DNA of 64,000 nucleotides, from contig OZ025650.1 of assembly GCA_964019335.1 (NCBI GenBank), forward strand, positions 806,001-870,000, in the 5' to 3' direction. The position numbers were made by a program, and so were the translations under genes. The DNA is from Diplonema japonicum. Lineage: Eukaryota > Protista > Euglenozoa: Diplonemea. Below, one piece after another: positions 60,101 through 64,000 of the stretch (positions are counted from its first letter, which is position 1; each line of letters begins with the position of its first letter). The notes under the pieces were generated by a model that worked only from the letters and a program-made list of their open reading frames with translations, had not been told where the DNA came from and made no database searches.

Positions 60101-60268
60101 AAAGATGTCTTGGCAGGCTACGCGGCACACCTCATGCAGCAACAACTGCAACAACAAAAGGGTGGTGTCCTGCGGTGTCTGTTTTCGCCGACCACACAGC
60201 ACAAGATGGCCCAGCGGAACACGCGGTCTGCTTCCTTGCAGCCGGACAAACCTTCTTGGAAGCGCTAG
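57178..60268 (+). CDS. Large P/S-rich, basic hypothetical protein with a CTFQPxIN motif; introns 59503-59536, 59708-59750, 59838-59887
   Basis: Long ORF plus three GT-AG introns joining the downstream ORFs in frame to TAG 60268. Confidence 0.7.
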
Positions 60269-60651
60269 ATTTTTAGATTTTCTTTCTTTTTCATTCTATT
60301 CGGTTGATTCGGTTTAATACTCTTACAAGTGTGCAATCACCAACCACTCTTTTGGAGCTTTCGTTTTTTATAAAAAGCGGCATCCGAAGTTCAAAAAAAA
60401 AAAAAAATAGAAGGTATTGGAGATGTGTCTGTTGAGTATTTTCTTCTTTTTTTAGTTTGTGTATTTAAACGACTACCCTGGTAGATAAGTATGATCCGTA
60501 AAAGATAACCTCTGACTTTTTTTTTTCCCGTGGAGAAAAAAAAAAAGATTCGCTTCATTGTCACTTCCCCTCATCCCCCGATCGATCTTTTTCTTCTTCT
60601 CTTGATTCTGTTCTGTTCCTTCAAAGTAAACAACGGCTGCAAGATAATATA

Positions 60652-62266
60652 CTGTAAAACGAATAATGTCGGACGGAAAAATTCTCGGACAGAAAAACTC
60701 CCGGACACCAAAAAAACCCGGACATTTTTCCGCCGGGAGTTTTTCTGGGAAGAAGTTTTTTTACTTAAGGGGGGTAGCAGCTCCCACCACGTTTGCCTGG
60801 AAGGGCTTTATTCCTTGTGCAGAGCCAAAATGTCACCCTGCGTGGCAGTTTGAATTTTTCTTCTCCTTTCAATGCACCAACAAACAGCACCCACGGGATC
60901 TTTAACTTCTCATAAACCCGTACTTCTTTCGTCAGATTGACCAGTTCGACTACCCAAGGCACGTTGAGCAGCTGGCTTGTGAGGGGCCCAACTTTGGTGC
61001 TGACACCCCCGGCCAGCTCACCCCCGAGAGGTGGAGGAGATAAACTCCTTACACCGGACCAGTACAAACCCCCGAAAGCAGCTTGGCGGCCTCTGCCTCG
61101 GTCAGAAGACGGCAGCAACAGGTTCAACAGAGCCCCCGGTTTCTTCCAGACGGAAATACTGGACGTTGCTATTCCACCCTACCACACCCTGGCCGCCGCG
61201 ACGCCGTGATAGCAGCGTATCGCCCAATACGGGATTTAGCATCCTTCGGGGGCTGAAAGATTTTTGCTTGAGTCGATAGGTAAACGGGCTTGGTGAGCCT
61301 ATCCCAGCACAACAAATATGCACCTATGCAGAAGGGCTGCTGTGCGCCAATCCAGCCCGAAAGACAGACCTGGTAGACTTTGGTGGGGCACTGCCCTTTT
61401 CCACTGGCTAGGCTGACAAAACTTTGCAGCAAGAAAGACAAAAGCCGCAAGCCACCTCCGGAAAGCCCGGAAACGAGAAGGACAACGAAGAAGGCACGCT
61501 GTTTCACCATGGAATTCAGGTCCATAATCGACACCCATAAAGTAAGGCCGGAATTGGTCTGGAATACGGGGTTAAAAACCAAAACAAAAAGGGGTGCTAA
61601 GGTCGTAAAAGTCCGTGGCTTTGGACAAAACGGGCTATAACCGAACAGCTGGCTGTTTCCTTGGCTGGATGGTTAAATACAAAGGCAAAGCGGAAACGCA
61701 ACCGGCAGGGATTATCCGGTGATGCCCCGGTCAAGCACCCGCCCACCGAATGGAGCCTAACGGCATCGCCCAATCATTGGGCTAATTATGATACTCGGTA
61801 TCTGGGTTACGGAGCTGTTTCTTCCTTTTTGCTGGTTTTGCCGAACGGGCCGATTCTGCTGCTTGTCGGCGACCACAACTCTCACACGACCTATGCCTAT
61901 GGGTTCGTAGAGTGGTTCGCAGGCGCAAACGTGCACATTGCTTTTGTCCCCCTGGGCTCACCTACATGGTTCAACCGATGGATATTGGGTTGAACGCAGC
62001 TGTAAAGCATCTATTAAGAAAGGTAGTAGGCCACACGAAGGCTCGACAAGCTGATTGCCTCAGGGCAGCAAGGGAGGACAAAGATGCAGAAAGGGAACCC
62101 TGGGGGTTTCTTCGCGCGGTTGCCGTTTGCAGCCCAGGCCAGTATGTAGGTAGTAGTGGACCAGGCCCCCTGACGGCCTTACCTAAAAAAAATTCCCGGA
62201 CGGAAAAATTCCCGGACGCCAAAAAAACTCGGACATTTTTCCGTCCGGGAGTTTTTCGTTTTACAG
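60652..62266 (+). mobile_element. Defective pogo-like (DDE_1) DNA transposon
   Basis: TA on both flanks, TIR CTGTAAAACGAA, subterminal CGGAC repeats; frameshifted remnants PELVWN, NHWAN, ILLLVGDHNSH, PPGLTYMVQPMDIGLNAAVK. Confidence 0.85.
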
Positions 62267-62287
62267 TATATATAAAAAAAACACTTA

Positions 62288-64000
62288 ATGGACCCGCCTG
62301 TCATAGAAACCGAGGGACTGGGCACCCCAAGCTGCAGTGTATGGTACGCAAGGCATGGTGGTTATAAGGAAGGCTTGGCTGTCGCTACAGAAAAGGTCAG
62401 AGGTGTGGTGGAGTCTCTTGAGAACATGTTAATAGAAGTTGAAGGGATGCTTGGGAGTGACGAAGGGGAACAGGAGCTGAACGGGATCACCAGCGAGTTA
62501 AGGGAAATGAGCGGGGAAGGGCTGGCAGAAGGACTTGCCGAGGGGAAGGTCGCAGATATAAGGGAAAAGCTGCATAAAATACGTAACAATGCAAAGAAGT
62601 GTAGCAACACCAGTGTTGTGGAGATTGTCACAGGGAGGCTTCAGATATATTTGGGGATTTATACGCGGACGTTGAAGTTGTTCTTCGGCACGAGGCACCT
62701 TTCTGTGGCGTCGAGGCCCAGCAGACGCTTGCGAACGTCGAATACGTGGCCCAAGTTGTTGCTGGAAAGGAGGCCGCACATGACCATAAGCCCAACCACC
62801 TCTACTGCGAGCACATCGTCGCCTCCCCACTCTCCTTCACCTCTTCCAAAGTCAAGGCTTTTCAGATCGTCCTTGCCCCCACCTGTGGAGACGCCTTGCT
62901 CGCCATTCCACTCTGTGCGGGACACCCCCCGGAGGCTCGTCACCTCCCCGCGCACACCGTTGTCATGTATCTCCGCCCATGTGATATCCAAGCTCTTCAA
63001 ACGTCGTTCCATCCATTGGGACACCATGGAGCCTTGTTATGTGGATCCAACTCCAGATGTAAAAATCCTGTGCAGGGTCTGCGAGACGCCCGTTACGTCG
63101 GAGCGAATCGAAGCCCACATAGAGATTTGTGCAGAGAGGATGGCAAACTTAATGGCTTTGGACCATGTCATAGCACAACTAAAGAAGGCAGCCGGGTTGC
63201 TTGGGGAAGGGAAGGGCAAGACATTGCGAGCTGTTGCGGACATGTGCTACTCGGTCTCAAAGGGGCACAACGTCGCCGCGATACTGACTGAGATACGGAA
63301 AAAGCAGGCCGAGTGCGAGGGCGAAATTTCGGACAAGAAATTCCAAGCGATGCTGGCGGCAGCCCACGATGCGTGCGATGGGGTCAAGCGGGCGGATGAG
63401 ATAGCAGAAGACGTCATGATGCCGCAGGAGGTGGTGGAACTTGATCGTCTGCGGCGAGCTGCGTACGTTGGAATAGGCGACTTCACAGCAAAGGCTGTCA
63501 TCGCTCGGGGAGCTTTTGGACGTGTCTTTCTTGTGGAGAAGCGCAACACGCACGACCTCTACGCCCTGAAGGTGATGTCGACTGCAGATGTCATCGACAG
63601 GCACATGACGCGGAAACTGCTGAACGAAAGGAACATCATGGCATTCACAAACTCGAACTTGATCGTGAAGCTCCACTACGCCTTCGCGTCTACGGAGCAC
63701 CTGTTCCTCGCAATGGACTACCACCCTGGGGGCGACCTGTTCTCGCTGTTGGAGAGGGTTGAGGTTTTCACTGAAAAGCAGGCGGCTTTTTACGCCGCTG
63801 AGATCTTTCTCGCTTTGGAGCATTTGCACAAGATGTCGATTGTGCACCGTGACGTGAAGCCTGACAACATCCTGCTGTCGAACACAGGGCATATCATGCT
63901 GACAGATTTTGGGCTGTCTGATGTGGGGGCTGGGTTCGTCGTGGATTCCGTGATATCACGAGCGGACCAAGCTGTGCATTCAACACCGAAGACGCCTAAA
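62288..64000 (+). CDS. AGC Ser/Thr kinase, IRE/Rim15/Greatwall-like, 3'-truncated by window edge
   Basis: Open frame from ATG 62288 (absent from the ORF track because it has no stop); CRVCE..H..C zinc knuckle; ARGAFGRVFL, YALKVM, HRDVKPDN, LTDFGLS. Confidence 0.85.
   Translation, partial: MDPPVIETEGLGTPSCSVWYARHGGYKEGLAVATEKVRGVVESLENMLIEVEGMLGSDEGEQELNGITSELREMSGEGLAEGLAEGKVADIREKLHKIRNNAKKCSNTSVVEIVTGRLQIYLGIYTRTLKLFFGTRHLSVASRPSRRLRTSNTWPKLLLERRPHMTISPTTSTASTSSPPHSPSPLPKSRLFRSSLPPPVETPCSPFHSVRDTPRRLVTSPRTPLSCISAHVISKLFKRRSIHWDTMEPCYVDPTPDVKILCRVCETPVTSERIEAHIEICAERMANLMALDHVIAQLKKAAGLLGEGKGKTLRAVADMCYSVSKGHNVAAILTEIRKKQAECEGEISDKKFQAMLAAAHDACDGVKRADEIAEDVMMPQEVVELDRLRRAAYVGIGDFTAKAVIARGAFGRVFLVEKRNTHDLYALKVMSTADVIDRHMTRKLLNERNIMAFTNSNLIVKLHYAFASTEHLFLAMDYHPGGDLFSLLERVEVFTEKQAAFYAAEIFLALEHLHKMSIVHRDVKPDNILLSNTGHIMLTDFGLSDVGAGFVVDSVISRADQAVHSTPKTPK

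Overview
Eukaryotic nuclear DNA from a euglenozoan. The evidence is a paraflagellar-rod-family gene, a kinetoplastid-type CDP-alcohol transferase/cytidylyltransferase fusion and a kinetoplastid-like gene layout. Abundant small cis-introns suggest a diplonemid rather than a trypanosomatid (inference). All ~33 host protein genes I can support lie on the + strand, often only 65-200 nt apart and preceded by polypyrimidine-AG-(poly A)-ATG, as expected for a polycistronic, SL trans-spliced cluster. I resolved 36 GT-AG introns of 34-96 nt by hand, most with A/C-rich rather than U-rich 3' ends. Contents: a 7-copy cold-shock-domain array, CCAR1/DBC1-like, TPR proteins, MCM4, TMEM222-like, cyt-b5/acyl-CoA dehydrogenase, CCCH, EF-hand, receptor pseudo-cyclase, PFR-like, inositol 5-phosphatase, tandem NT-C2, CCT fusion, MAPR, TraB-like, GH3 with an Apple insert, M3 peptidase, RPL15, S10 carboxypeptidase and an IRE/Rim15/Greatwall-like kinase. 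There are also two dead DNA transposons (a piggyBac with a precise internal inversion, and a pogo-like element whose end may supply a splice acceptor), a MITE, and many G.U-rich hairpins in the spacers. Family calls rest on motifs recognised by eye; no searches or folding programs were run.
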